Source of the DNA: Epithemia pelagica
Taxonomy: Eukaryota; Protista; Bacillariophyta
NCBI GenBank assembly: GCA_946965045.2
Contig: OX337232.1
Coordinates: forward strand, 2,356,001 to 2,420,000
Direction of reading: 5' to 3'
DNA length: 64,000 nt
A model generated the notes under the pieces. The model made no database searches. It had not been told where the DNA came from and was given only the letters and a program-made list of their open reading frames with translations. Shown piece by piece: positions 22,110-32,903 of this stretch (position 1 is its first letter; each line of letters begins with the position of its first letter). The position numbers and the translations under genes are program-made.

Positions 22110-23585
22110 GCAGGAGCCTGGAGGAACGTCAGTGAGGTGCAGGAATGGGAGAAACCGTGGAACAAGTGTCGGGTGGGACAGTGGCAGGTACAGGAGGGAT
22201 GCTAGGTGAAAGTGAAGGGATGACAGGTGTAGGAGTAGAAGGGATGGGTGTAGGAGCAGAAGGGACGCATAGTGTAGGAGCAGGAGAGATGGGAGGAGCA
22301 GAGGGAACCTGTCCCATGTAGGAGTAGGAGGGACAGGTGAAGGAGCATAGGGAACGGGTGCAGGTAGAGAAGGGATGGTGGGACCAGCAGAGGAGCAAGA
22401 CAACAAAGGCTATGAGTATCCCTCTCCAATGGAGGAAGAAAGCAGGAAACCAAACTTTGGACGAATCAGCAATGTGTCGAACACCACAATGTCCTCATGT
22501 GGCACTGGAGTCAACAGTAATTTGTCGTTTGACTTTGGGGAAAATCAGCCAGACCTTCATGCTGAAGCCTTTTACCACAACACTCGCTTTCCTTAAGCTG
22601 CTTACTCGAAGAACTACTAGTTACATTTACTGTTGAAACACTCACTTAGTCTATGAATAGAAATAGGAAAACACAGTGATGAAAAGAAGATACGTCCAAT
22701 CGATCAGAGAGCATACACACTGAAGAGTCCACCGTAGCCTCACCAAACTTAAAAGTTCCTTAGAACACACCACCAAGGTCTCAAAGTCGCAATTCTAGCC
22801 TGGTTCATTCGATTTCCATGAAGTGGTGCACCATTCCCAACCCTGCCCATTGGCCAAAAACGAGCCCAAATCGTGCCCACTGAAAAAATGGTCCTACTTT
22901 AGCTACTTCTATCTCTATAACCATGGCCCATGGACAAGACCACCCATCAAGGGGACCGAAGGCATTGTCTGGAGATGCTAAATATCGAACACCATGGTCT
23001 GGGAGTCAATATTCGAGAAGTTATCCCCCATTCCCAACCCTGCGATTTGGGCGCAAAACCGCGCGCCCTGGGCGCGCCACCCTAGTAGGTACTAGGAGTA
23101 GAGAGGAGTACTAGTTACTAGTTATTATGATGGACTGGACTCTCGACTCGATACTCGAGCTCCTCACGACTACGTAACTCTCAATGTACACCCAAGTTAA
23201 GATGGGACCAAGGAACATGGTCAGGCCACGTCATGAAGTCTGAGCATTGGCGTTGGAGTGTAAGTCGGGCGGTCCACCCAAAAGAAGAGCCGGCCTCGCT
23301 GTCACACAAAGAATGAGGCAGAACGGGCGTGCAACTCGGAAGAGAGAGTTCCAAAAAGAACATGTGCATCCCATCTACTGCGACAAAGCCTCTTCCATTC
23401 CATATCTCAAAGTGGACTGCCTCCAAATAGAGGATCGTCCGATTCAAGAGGCATGGGCACTCTTGAATCAAACAACAATGCGCCAACAATGGATCCCTAA
23501 TGGAGCGCGACATGCGATCCATGACAAACAAGCAAAGACGCAGCAAACAAAACAAGAGGGACACGGAGAGCTCACTCTTTGGGTT

Positions 23586-23763
23586 TTCTACGGTTCGTCG
23601 GCGAAGGTCTGATCCCCTTTGGCGCCGTTCTTGATTTCTAAAGAGTTGAAACTCCAACTTTCGTGGGTACTGATAGTAGCCATTTCTTCTACGGTTCGTT
23701 GGCGAAGGTCTGATCCCCTTTGGCGCCGTTCTTGATTTCTAAAGAGTTGAAACTCCAACTTTC
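23586..23763 (+). repeat. 77-bp direct repeat pair in the leader of the YR element
   Basis: 23586-23662 and 23687-23763 differ by one C/T and are separated by a 24-bp spacer. Confidence 0.9.
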
Positions 23764-23799
23764 TCTGCTCACTTCGCTCTCTTACTTACTCCTTCTACC

Positions 23800-26256
23800 A
23801 TGTCGGTTCCTCCTCCTCCTCCTCCTGCACAGGATGCTGATACGCTCCTCTCTGCGCTCGTCGCTTCGGCCTCCGTGGCTAACACCCCTGCGGCTGGGGC
23901 CGCCCGTCCTTCTACGGCGGCTTGGGGGGGGGACCGCGGTCAAATCTCCTTTGCTGCTGACCCTCCCACGGATGAGATGATGGTTCAAGGCACGGAAACC
24001 GCATTGTTTCCCGAGAGCACCACGGACCCTACTGTCCTTGGACGCTCTACCGGTGGTAGTAAGTTTGGTGTCGTGGCACTTCGCACAAGCGAATGTGCAG
24101 ACAAGTTGTTGTGTTTGGGTCTCAAGCGCGGCAGAGCAACCTTTTGCATCGACCCCAAGTGCGCTAAAGCCGGGGACCATGGAACTGGTCTAGCTCCCGT
24201 CGACTTGGGACCCTCAGGAGGATTGTTCATTACCAAGAACCCTGCCTCTGCCTTTTGCACTCCGGTTATCTCGTTGAGTGAGATCTCTCAGGAGACACTG
24301 GACCAAGTCCAGCATGAAAAACACACTATGGAAGAATGGACGAAGAAATTTGTTGCTATGAAACGTCTTAATCAAGTTAAGAAAGAAGGTCACCTGGATG
24401 CCAGTCTGAAGGAAACGGAGCATAAAATCTCCAAGGCTGACTCCCTCCGTACCCCGTTTACACTCAAGAAAGCTACCTCTACCTCCACCTCCTTCGTCGT
24501 TGAGAATTTCTCTCCTCACCATAAGATTTTGGACGGGGATCTGAAGGATGTGATTCGGAAGATTACTGTTGACTCCTCCTTGGTTCCGATAACTCTTCGC
24601 GAAATCGAAGACTTGGTGATGGAAGCAGGAGAAGTGATCCAGACTTTGTCCTTGGAACAACAAGCCATTTCGCGTCAAAACAGCACAGCCGTTGAAGCTC
24701 TAGGAATCAAATTTGATAAACTGTCCATGGAAATTGGACCTCGAGAGGACTTGCCGGACGAGTACCAAGCCCCGACCCTCTGGGGAATCATCTCTTCGAT
24801 GATTCGTTCCATTCAAGAATCCTCTCCCTCGACGACTGAATCTCACCAACGTGCTGTGGATAGTCGCCTTGCCGCGGTTAAGTCCTCTATTGCTACTTTC
24901 TTCTCAACCATCCAAGGCCAAGTCTCTTCGAAGTTGTCCTCGACCCAAGTTGAGACTCGTAACTCGGTAGACAAGCTTCGAAACCAATTCGTGCAAGGCT
25001 TCAAAGGAATCCTCGATCGCTTGTCGGCCCTTGAATCCAACACGACACTCACCAACCGTATCTTGACCATTGAAACTAAGATGTCGTCCCATGAAATTTT
25101 GCTTAGCCAACTGGGAACCTCCCCGCAGATGTTCGGTGCAACACAGACGACATCCAACACAGGATCACCAGCCCTTCAAAACAAAGTCACTGCTCTTGAA
25201 GGGGAAATCGCGAATTTGAGGACCCTCTTGGGAGATGCCAATTTGGAAATGCAACGTCTCAAGGGCAAGGTCGACACTTCCACCATCAAGTTCGGAAATC
25301 TCGGCTTAGCAACGGTTGATGACTGCAAAGCCTGGGTGGCCCTCAAGTTCGGGTCAAGAGCGAACGGTCTTTTGTTTGATCTCAACTTGGTGCTTGAATG
25401 GTGTGCCCCGCAGGAAAATGGGGATGTTTTATCCATGCTGACTACCATGGAAAAACGACACAAGATGCAGATCGCGACAACAAATGAAGCTCGAGCGATT
25501 TATGCGATGAAGAATGAATTTCCCCAGCTCTTGTACAAAGATTTCCCTGGCACCGGGCGGGACCCTTCGTTTCTTACTGCGATGAAAGAGTACTTGGATT
25601 GGGAGTCGCCCGAGACGGGAGTTCGTGACCGAATCCTGAATCGTCTAGGCAACATGAATTCTATGTTCGGAGAACAAATTGCCACAACGATGGCCAATGA
25701 ACCTGAAGCCCGTTCCTTAGCCTTATCTATGCTATCTGTTTCGGTGGGTTGTTGCCGTGAATTGGTAACCTATTTTGATGAAACCATGAATGAACTCACT
25801 ATCAAGTCGAAGTTTACTACCCGCAAGGCCTTCAGTTTGGTTACCCAAGTGGTCAGGCGCTTCTTCATGGACTTATACAAGGTTAGGGCTCAAGTCTACT
25901 CGTCTCTTTCGACCACTGATAGTGCTGGCCAGTGCGCATGGATCCTTTACGGCGTTCTCCGTACCCACGATGTTATGAGCGATTACGTCAAAGCTCGTTT
26001 CAAGAACCATCCGTCCGTTTCAAGCGAATACATTCGCTTCCTTTCTACCAACTCGGGCTTCGAGTCCCTCAAGACGCTAGAAGATCAAGTGGAATCCTTG
26101 AAGCGTACCTCTGCTCAGCTGGTCAAAGATGTTACCTCGGCCAAGAAAGCTTCCGACACGGCCAGCAGCACTGTGGACAGTGTCAAAAAGGATGTGACCG
26201 AATTGAAGAAACAAGCCCAGCGTCGTGGAGGATCTACCAACGGTGACAAGAAGTGA
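23800..26256 (+). CDS. ORF1 (gag-like, coiled-coil) of the YR element, 818 aa
   Basis: Long intact ORF first in the element; N-terminal CLG...FCIDPKC...H motif and heptad-rich segments. Confidence 0.8.
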   Translation: MSVPPPPPPAQDADTLLSALVASASVANTPAAGAARPSTAAWGGDRGQISFAADPPTDEMMVQGTETALFPESTTDPTVLGRSTGGSKFGVVALRTSECADKLLCLGLKRGRATFCIDPKCAKAGDHGTGLAPVDLGPSGGLFITKNPASAFCTPVISLSEISQETLDQVQHEKHTMEEWTKKFVAMKRLNQVKKEGHLDASLKETEHKISKADSLRTPFTLKKATSTSTSFVVENFSPHHKILDGDLKDVIRKITVDSSLVPITLREIEDLVMEAGEVIQTLSLEQQAISRQNSTAVEALGIKFDKLSMEIGPREDLPDEYQAPTLWGIISSMIRSIQESSPSTTESHQRAVDSRLAAVKSSIATFFSTIQGQVSSKLSSTQVETRNSVDKLRNQFVQGFKGILDRLSALESNTTLTNRILTIETKMSSHEILLSQLGTSPQMFGATQTTSNTGSPALQNKVTALEGEIANLRTLLGDANLEMQRLKGKVDTSTIKFGNLGLATVDDCKAWVALKFGSRANGLLFDLNLVLEWCAPQENGDVLSMLTTMEKRHKMQIATTNEARAIYAMKNEFPQLLYKDFPGTGRDPSFLTAMKEYLDWESPETGVRDRILNRLGNMNSMFGEQIATTMANEPEARSLALSMLSVSVGCCRELVTYFDETMNELTIKSKFTTRKAFSLVTQVVRRFFMDLYKVRAQVYSSLSTTDSAGQCAWILYGVLRTHDVMSDYVKARFKNHPSVSSEYIRFLSTNSGFESLKTLEDQVESLKRTSAQLVKDVTSAKKASDTASSTVDSVKKDVTELKKQAQRRGGSTNGDKK

Positions 26257-29200
26257 CGGTGTGCCGCGCCTAAACTAGATGAAAACGTTTCGTATGTTGA
26301 CTCTGGTTTAGACGCTGGTAGTATTGCATCATCTTTAAGCAGTCTGGGACCTGGCTCTCCTGGTGGTGTTGGCGCCAAACGTCCAGCCTCACCACTGCCT
26401 AGCATTGTCGTTTCGGTTACACGCTCCAGGCATCGTCCTACTGATCGCGGATCACGGGTCTTCCGAAGTGATTTGTCGTGTCTTATCCTTGGTCAAACAT
26501 CCCTTTCGTGGGGACTTGGTCTCAGTCTCGGGGACTGGCACGGCATTTACATGTTGGCTGCTGAGTATGAAGCACGACGAGAGAACCCCTTTTGGCGTGC
26601 CGTTTTGCTTCATTTTGGGGATAAGCTCCACTTAGTCCCAAGCATCGATGTTGTTCTGGGACGAGGGATCATTTCGGTTGTACTGTTGGAAGGCGATCCT
26701 GATTACCTCGCGTCTTCCTTGCTTTTCGTCCCTCCGAGTTGGCCTGTTTTATTGTTGCTTCCTTCGGGATGGAGTCGCCCCACCCTTCCCCAAGTCCAAT
26801 GGTTGTCGGTCACCCATCGTCAATGTGGTGGTGTCACGACCGCTCGTGTCCACGTTGGGCGTCGTGGTATACCTCCGTTGTTTTTCCATGTCACCACGCG
26901 GCGCACGCTGGGTTCGATCATCTCGCATTCAGTCCGTCCTTCCCCGTGTGGGGCGCCCACTCTGCCTGATCCTTATTACTCCTGTGACGATCAGTTGCAC
27001 ACCCGTGCTCTTTTCAAGCCTATTCGGTTGTCCACGCACTTTTCAAAGACGGGTTGGGGTTGTCGTCCGCTTACTGATGAAGAAATTGGAACGGCGTTCG
27101 ATTTGCCGCTTTGGGTCATCAATGATACGATTGCTTTTCGTTGGTGGTGCTCCCACATGATTCATCCGCGAGTTATTCCCATCAAGATCCCAGCTTTATT
27201 GTTGAATTCCGCTTTACCACACTTGGACCCTGTTCTGATTCACCACACTAGTACCGCCGGCAACAAACATGGTGGACCCTCATCCCCGTTTCGTCCCTGC
27301 AAACGCGGCCGTTGGTTGACCCCTCTTTCGGAAACTGTCCAAGATGGCGTCCTGGGTACCACCTTTTCCTTCTTGCCCGCCTTTCTCCCTCATGACGCGT
27401 GGCTCGACGATTCCAAGATTGCGGATATTGCGGTTAAGGCAGACGACGCCCTGGCCCCTTTTTGGATCTGGGATGGGCGGATTCGGGGCATCTACCCTTG
27501 GATCACAGATTCGGCGCTTTCAGGCTTCCGTTTGTTGGCTTTGCTTTGGTGGCGTCGCTCCTTGGTGCGAAGTTTCTTGGCTTATTTACGCTTGCGGTTT
27601 GGTGCGAATTGGCCAGCCTTAGTGGCCTCTTCACCACTCCAGGGGGGGGAGGAGTCTTTCAATTTCGATTCGTTTCCCGTACTGCTATCCGCCGGCCGCT
27701 GTGTCTTGTCCCAACTTCTTCGTTCCACCTGGTGGGACTGGGATGCGGGTTCTTCGTTGATTTTTTGGCGCTGGAACGGCCTCTCCCAACAAGCAGATGC
27801 CTGGTTTGGCACTCCCATCCATGTCACCGATGCTCTTCCTTCTTATCATCGGCGTCAGCGTGCTCCTCCTGCGGAAATACTCCCTCAAGTCTCCAAGAAA
27901 TTATCGACAGTGCTCGAGCGTGGTTATTTGGACGGTGTCTCTCCTCCCTCCAGCATGACCGACTACTTCGCTGTTCCAAAAGGCGACAATGACATTCGGA
28001 TGGTCTATAATGGCACAAGCTGCGGGTTGAATAAGTCTCTGTGGGCACCAAATTTTTGGTTACCAACGTCTGAGTCGGCTCTACGACTATTAACCACCGA
28101 TTCCTACTGTGGGGACATGGATTTGGGGGAAATGTTTTTGAATTTCCCCATGGACGTACACCTTCAACCCTATGCTGGTGTAGACATGAATCCTGTCCAG
28201 TCACACCTCACCCCAGAAGCTACAGCCCTCTCTCCTGAATCTGGTAGGGTGCGGTGGAATCGTTTATTTATGGGTATGCTTCCGAGTCCCTTCCACGCCG
28301 CCCGCCAATACTACCTGGCTGAGGAAATAGCAAAAGGAGCACCACAGGATCCAACCAATCCGTGTGGTTTTGATTCAATTCGCTTTAACATCCCTGGCTC
28401 CGCCGATTACACCCCAACTTTGCCTTGGGTCATGAAGTGGAGCTCTAGACTCGACAACATTACGGGAGATGTAGTTACCTACATGGACGACTTGCGAACG
28501 GTCGGTTCCTCAGCCAAACATGCTTGGCAGGTGGCACGTCAACTGGGGGCTAGATTGCAATATCTAGGAATTCAAGACGCACCTCGAAAGCGGAGACCAC
28601 CTTCCAAAACTCCCGGCGCATGGGCTGGCAGTGTACACCATATCTCAGCCACGACCATATCAAAAGCCCTCACCCAAAAGAAATGGGACAAGGGCAAGAA
28701 ACTCCTGGAAAAATACGTGGATGCATATACCAAGAGTGACTCTCCCACGTTCGATCACAAGCAAATGCAACGAGACGTGGGCTTCTTCGTTCATCAAGCG
28801 CTGACCTACAATTCGCTAATGCCCTTCTTAAAGGGATTCTATTTGACTATGAATGTTTGGAGACCCGGGCGCAATGGCGAGGGATGGAAGCTGTCAACAA
28901 GGGAGTGGCTTTCCCAGTTACAAGAAAAGTTTGGGGACGAAGAAATCAACACCATTTGTGGTTTCTTAGACACAGATGAAGATGAAGACTCGCATGCAGA
29001 ACCAACCAACAAAGAAAAGGACATTCCACCAGCACGGGTCAAGGCAGTTCCGAGGCTGCGAACCGATGTATGAGCCATTGCGGTCATGCTAGGCTCAGAG
29101 GATCCTCCCAAGGTCCAAGTCAGGTCGGACACCATCTTTGTTGCATTATTCGGATGTGGCGATGCTTCGGGATGTGGATTCGGGGCAGCCTTCCAACTCC

Positions 29201-30183
29201 CTCAAAAGAAACTGTCGTATAGAGTGGGAGCATGGGGAAAGGACATCGTGGTAGGTGAATCTTCCAACTGGAAGGAGTTTACCAACTGTGTAGAGTCGCT
29301 GGAGGAAGAAGCGTCCTTGGGCCATTTGGACAACACAGAAGTCTTCTTCTTCACAGACAACTCAACCGTCGAACGTTGTTTCTACAAGGGCTCATCATCA
29401 AGTCCAAAACTGCTAGAACTAGTGATCCGTCTACGACGACTAGAGATGCGCCATGCAATACGGCTGCATATCTCCCACGTATCAGGAAAGAGGATGATCG
29501 CTGTGGGAGTGGATGGCATTTCTAGAGGGCAATTGAACGAGGGAGTCATGGCTGGGACTCCCATGTTATCCTATATTCCTCTTCACAAGACCCCATTCCA
29601 GATGTCTGAGAATCTGTTCGAATGGGTTCGTTCTTGGTTGGGACCCAAAGCAGAAGCGCTAACCCCCATGGACTGGTTCACAACAGGCCACAACATCCGG
29701 GGATGGTCCCTCCCAACAGAACATAACAAACTGTCCCTGCCTATCCTTTGGCCAGGACATTTTGTGTGGGCTCCGCCTCCAGGAGCAGCTGATGTGGCTC
29801 TCGAGGAATTGAGAAAAGCACGTCACAAAAGACAATCTTCCATGCATGTTTTTCTTTGTCAACGCCTGCTTACTCCGAAATGGTATAAGCAGTTACACAA
29901 GGCATGCGATTTGGTTATGGAGATCCCTGCTGGAACTTCTTTTTGGCCTGAAGGAAATTATGAACCTCTCATCGTTGGTCTTGTTTTTCCTTTTATTAGG
30001 GCACAGCCGTGGCAATTGCGGGGCACCCCAAAAATGTTCTCAATGGACCGCCAATTGCGCAAATTGTGGAAAGAAGATCCAGTGGGTGGAAGGGATCTTC
30101 TGCGGAAATTTTGCGTTCAGTGTTGGAAAATGCAGTCCATGTCGAAACGCATGGTGCGCAAGTTGTTATTCTTCAAACGATGA
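26257..30183 (+). pseudogene. pol: YR element pol: putative C5-MTase-like domain, RT, RNase H, Dam-like MT relic; one internal TGA
   Basis: Same frame as ORF1 with no stop from 26257 to 29070; TGA at 29071-29073 lies between RT and RH (track ORFs 26473-29073 and 29086-30183 share a frame); YMDD at 28480-28491. Confidence 0.85.
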
Positions 30184-31570
30184 GGGTCGGTTCTTTGTGG
30201 CTTCCAGGAACTTGATGGTGGAAGAGTCGGACGCGTCCCGGATCGTAGCAGCCAATTGGAGAGCGCGCACAAAGGACCGACGAGAAGATTATAGTCATGC
30301 GTGAGCGGGTGATCACTTGATGACTCCTTTCGAGTGTGATTGGTGCATCTTTCGAAAGTTGAGAGGTGAGGAACCGGACCCGAGAAGCGTGCGAGACAAG
30401 TGCTTGATGGTGTGTGTGAGACGCATGAATCTCGATGCATTTTGGAGTCGGGCAACAAGCATAGTCGCGCAAAACACTAGAAATGCCAAAAAGATGATCG
30501 AGAAGTCAATGAAAGTGGGAATCCCTTATGGACCGTTCATGAGCCACGGCCCGTTCCCGAGTTACGATCATTGTGGGTACCAAGTGGCATATTTGATGTT
30601 GGACAGTTCGTTGGACGAGGGAAAGTATCATACGGATAGAAAGCAATTTGACACCATCCGGAAATTTCGATCGGTGTACTCCAATCACGTGAGAGCAACA
30701 CCGGCCACTTTGGTTGATAATCGACCCCTGGTTTTGACGGACAACAATGGGAAAGCCTTCTCTCGGTTGGGCCAAGACGAGAGCGGATCATTATGGTTTT
30801 CAAGATTTGTTGAAGGTTGTCGCCAACGGATGGGCCAAGACTGGCGCCCGGACCAAGCAATATCCAGCGAGTTGGTTGTTGCGTTGCTGGGTTCCTTGGA
30901 AGAAGAATTGAGGCGCGCAAACAATGTGACGGACCCATTTGTGACGGTTATGGCGGGAACCTTTTATGCTGTGTCTTTTGCTTTGTCCTTGAGAGGGCCG
31001 GAAGGGCTGCTCCTTGATTTAGGAGCCATGACTCGATACGCAGATCTTTACAAGGACCGGGATTGCGTGGTGGTTTGTCTTTGGGGCCAATTCAAAGGCG
31101 AGCATTCTGAACGGGCTCATCTCCTCCCCTGCTGCAATGTAACAGGGAGTGGAATCAAAGTTCGCCAATGGTTGAACAGAGCAATGGTCTTGTCTCGGGA
31201 CATTGGACGAACGACCGGGCCGTTGATGATGGATCGAAAGGGTGTACCCATCGCGCCACGAATGCTGGATGACATCCTGCATCGACATTTGTGCAAACTT
31301 TTCGACGACGACAAAAACCTTTTTCCTCTGACTGCCATCAAAGGGGAAGAGGACATCGTCACAAAATACTTTGTGTTCCGATCTTTCAGACGGGGTTCGA
31401 ATACAAGAGCAAAAGAGGTGGGCGTCGAGCAGCCAGACCTTGAAACTGTCAACCGATGGAGAATAAAGGAGAGAGCAGGAGCCAATAAACCAGGCGGGGC
31501 CATTGACCACATGTATGCAGACCTGTCGATGCTTGTGGGGCCGTTTCTCCGGTACAGTTCTGCAATGTGA
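29846..31570 (+). pseudogene. Tyrosine recombinase of the YR element, overlapping RH in the +1 frame; one internal TGA; start uncertain
   Basis: CSPCRNAWCASCY, SHA*AGDHLMTPFECDWC, LSLRGPEG (catalytic R), KGEH, FRSFRRG, RW, DHMY (catalytic Y); TGA at 30302-30304. Confidence 0.85.
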
Positions 31571-32300
31571 CGACCAAACCAAGATTCTCGGTGGAGGGGG
31601 TTTCTGGAACTGGCAAGTTGCGTTGAGGCTGACATGGCAAGGCCTCTTCGCTTCTTGTCCATTAGAGAGAGAGTTTGAGCCGATTGCGTCCCCTGTCCGT
31701 TTCCGCCTTTGCGATTGCATGGCGCAACCTGATCGCGTTGGTGGGCCACAAGCGGATCCAACAGGAGTCTTGATTTGGGTCTTTCTTTTTGTTCTTTTGG
31801 GCCGGTTCCCCTGTCTGAGCATTATGCCAGATCGGACCCTGAGTGGTGAAGGATTACCCTTCCCCCCACAACACAACCTAAACTAGTGTTTACGGTTGCG
31901 AGAATCTAATGAGATAAGTTTATGATTTGATTCTGCTGTTTGTCTTTGTGTTTGCGCGAGAGAAAGGGATCCTGAGGTTGGATGGCGACATGGTGGGTGC
32001 TGAGCAGGGTTTGCGAGTGCCCCTATTCGTACGAGTACACCACTGATACATTAGACTTAGAGGGGGACTGACGACTGACGGCAAGTTGACGCGTGGCATC
32101 CATGAAATGGCGAAGGCTGTCGACCTACATGGAGTGTGAAAGAACATCAGCGATCAACGAGTCGTGTCCGATCGAGCGTCTGAATGTGAATGGGAATGGT
32201 GAGACATCGTCTGTCGTCTGGGTGTCTTCGCAATATTGGGTGTTCTCATAATTTCTCAAATTCGATATATCTGTAAACGAGCAACGAAAGTCAAACAACC

Positions 32301-32903
32301 ATGAAGATCTTCTTGCCTGCCATTGCTAGCCTAGCTTTTGGACCTCAAGTGACAGCCGCTTGGAGCTGTGGACCACGATATTATGGACTCGATGTTTGGA
32401 GTCCACGAGTTTTGCAGAAACAGCATGCCTTGTTGCAAAAGCAACAGTCACTCCTTCAAAAGGCGTTCACTCACACTTCGCCTCGCTATGAAATCACGGA
32501 CACTGACGAAAAGTTTCAGCTATCAATTGATGTTCCTGGGGTGAAGCCTGAAGACATCCAGGTGAACTTCGAGGACGATGGATCGATGTTGTCCATTCGC
32601 GGAAGTCGAGCTGTTACAAGTTCCGACGAAAGCAGTTCCTTTCGGTCCAAGTTTTCTCAAAGTTTCTCCATTGACCCATCCGTCGATGTTAAAAATTTCA
32701 GTGCTAGTCTCAAGAATGGAGTCCTTGTCATCTCAGCCCCAAAGGATCTGAAAAAGATTGAAGATAACATTCGTAACATACCCATCACCGAAGCACCTGA
32801 TGAAGACGTTGCCCCTGTTGAAATGAAGGATGAGACTGTTGAGAAAACTTCTCCGAAAAGTCTTGAACATGAAAACACAGAGGACGTTGGAAAGCCTGAA
32901 TGA
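32301..32903 (+). CDS. HSP20: Small heat-shock protein (alpha-crystallin domain) with N-terminal signal peptide
   Basis: PRYEITDTDEKFQLSIDVPGVKPEDIQV...FSQSFSID...SASLKNGVLVISAPK is a canonical HSP20 domain; hydrophobic N-terminus. Confidence 0.92.
   Translation: MKIFLPAIASLAFGPQVTAAWSCGPRYYGLDVWSPRVLQKQHALLQKQQSLLQKAFTHTSPRYEITDTDEKFQLSIDVPGVKPEDIQVNFEDDGSMLSIRGSRAVTSSDESSSFRSKFSQSFSIDPSVDVKNFSASLKNGVLVISAPKDLKKIEDNIRNIPITEAPDEDVAPVEMKDETVEKTSPKSLEHENTEDVGKPE

Larger units (their letters stand above)
13423..22596 (+). pseudogene. Degenerate cargo ORF of the TIR element (13423-13727 joined to 22115-22596), interrupted by copia 2
   Basis: ATG 13423 MATTATKQPQKK... runs to the insertion site in a Gly-rich stretch; Gly/Glu-rich coding-like sequence resumes after the TSD with frameshifts and a stop, ending ...AFYHNTRFP*. 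Confidence 0.4.
12761..23098. mobile_element. TA-flanked TIR element (~1.95 kb of own sequence) with 147-bp diverged TIRs, split by copia 2
   Basis: TA|CTCCTAGTGCCTACTAGGGTG...TTTGCGCCCAAATCG...ACAATGCCTAAGGTCCC (12759-12907) mirrors GGGACCGAAGGCATTGT...CGATTTGGGCGCAAA...CACCCTAGTAGGTACTAGGAG|TA (22952-23100). Confidence 0.75.
23586..31880 (+). mobile_element. DIRS-like tyrosine-recombinase retrotransposon (ends approximate)
   Basis: gag-like ORF1, RT (YFAVPK, DLGEMFLNF, MGMLPSP, YMDD), RNase H (GDASG, SSNWKE, FTDN, DGISRG) and an overlapping tyrosine recombinase ORF; no LTRs, no DDE integrase; termini not resolved. Confidence 0.88.

Noticed and set aside
31019-31876. 285-aa antisense ORF over the recombinase 3' end
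   Set aside because: Largely the reverse complement of the YR ORF, GTG/TTG-type start and no motifs.
23470-31990. Inverted terminal repeats of the YR element (CCAAC..GGATCCCT..GACAAACA similarity between ~23500 and ~31950)
   Set aside because: Only short scattered matches; too weak to call by eye.
32240-32265. Heat-shock element upstream of the sHSP
   Set aside because: Three TTC triplets are present but the spacing does not fit perfect, gap or step nGAAn arrays.
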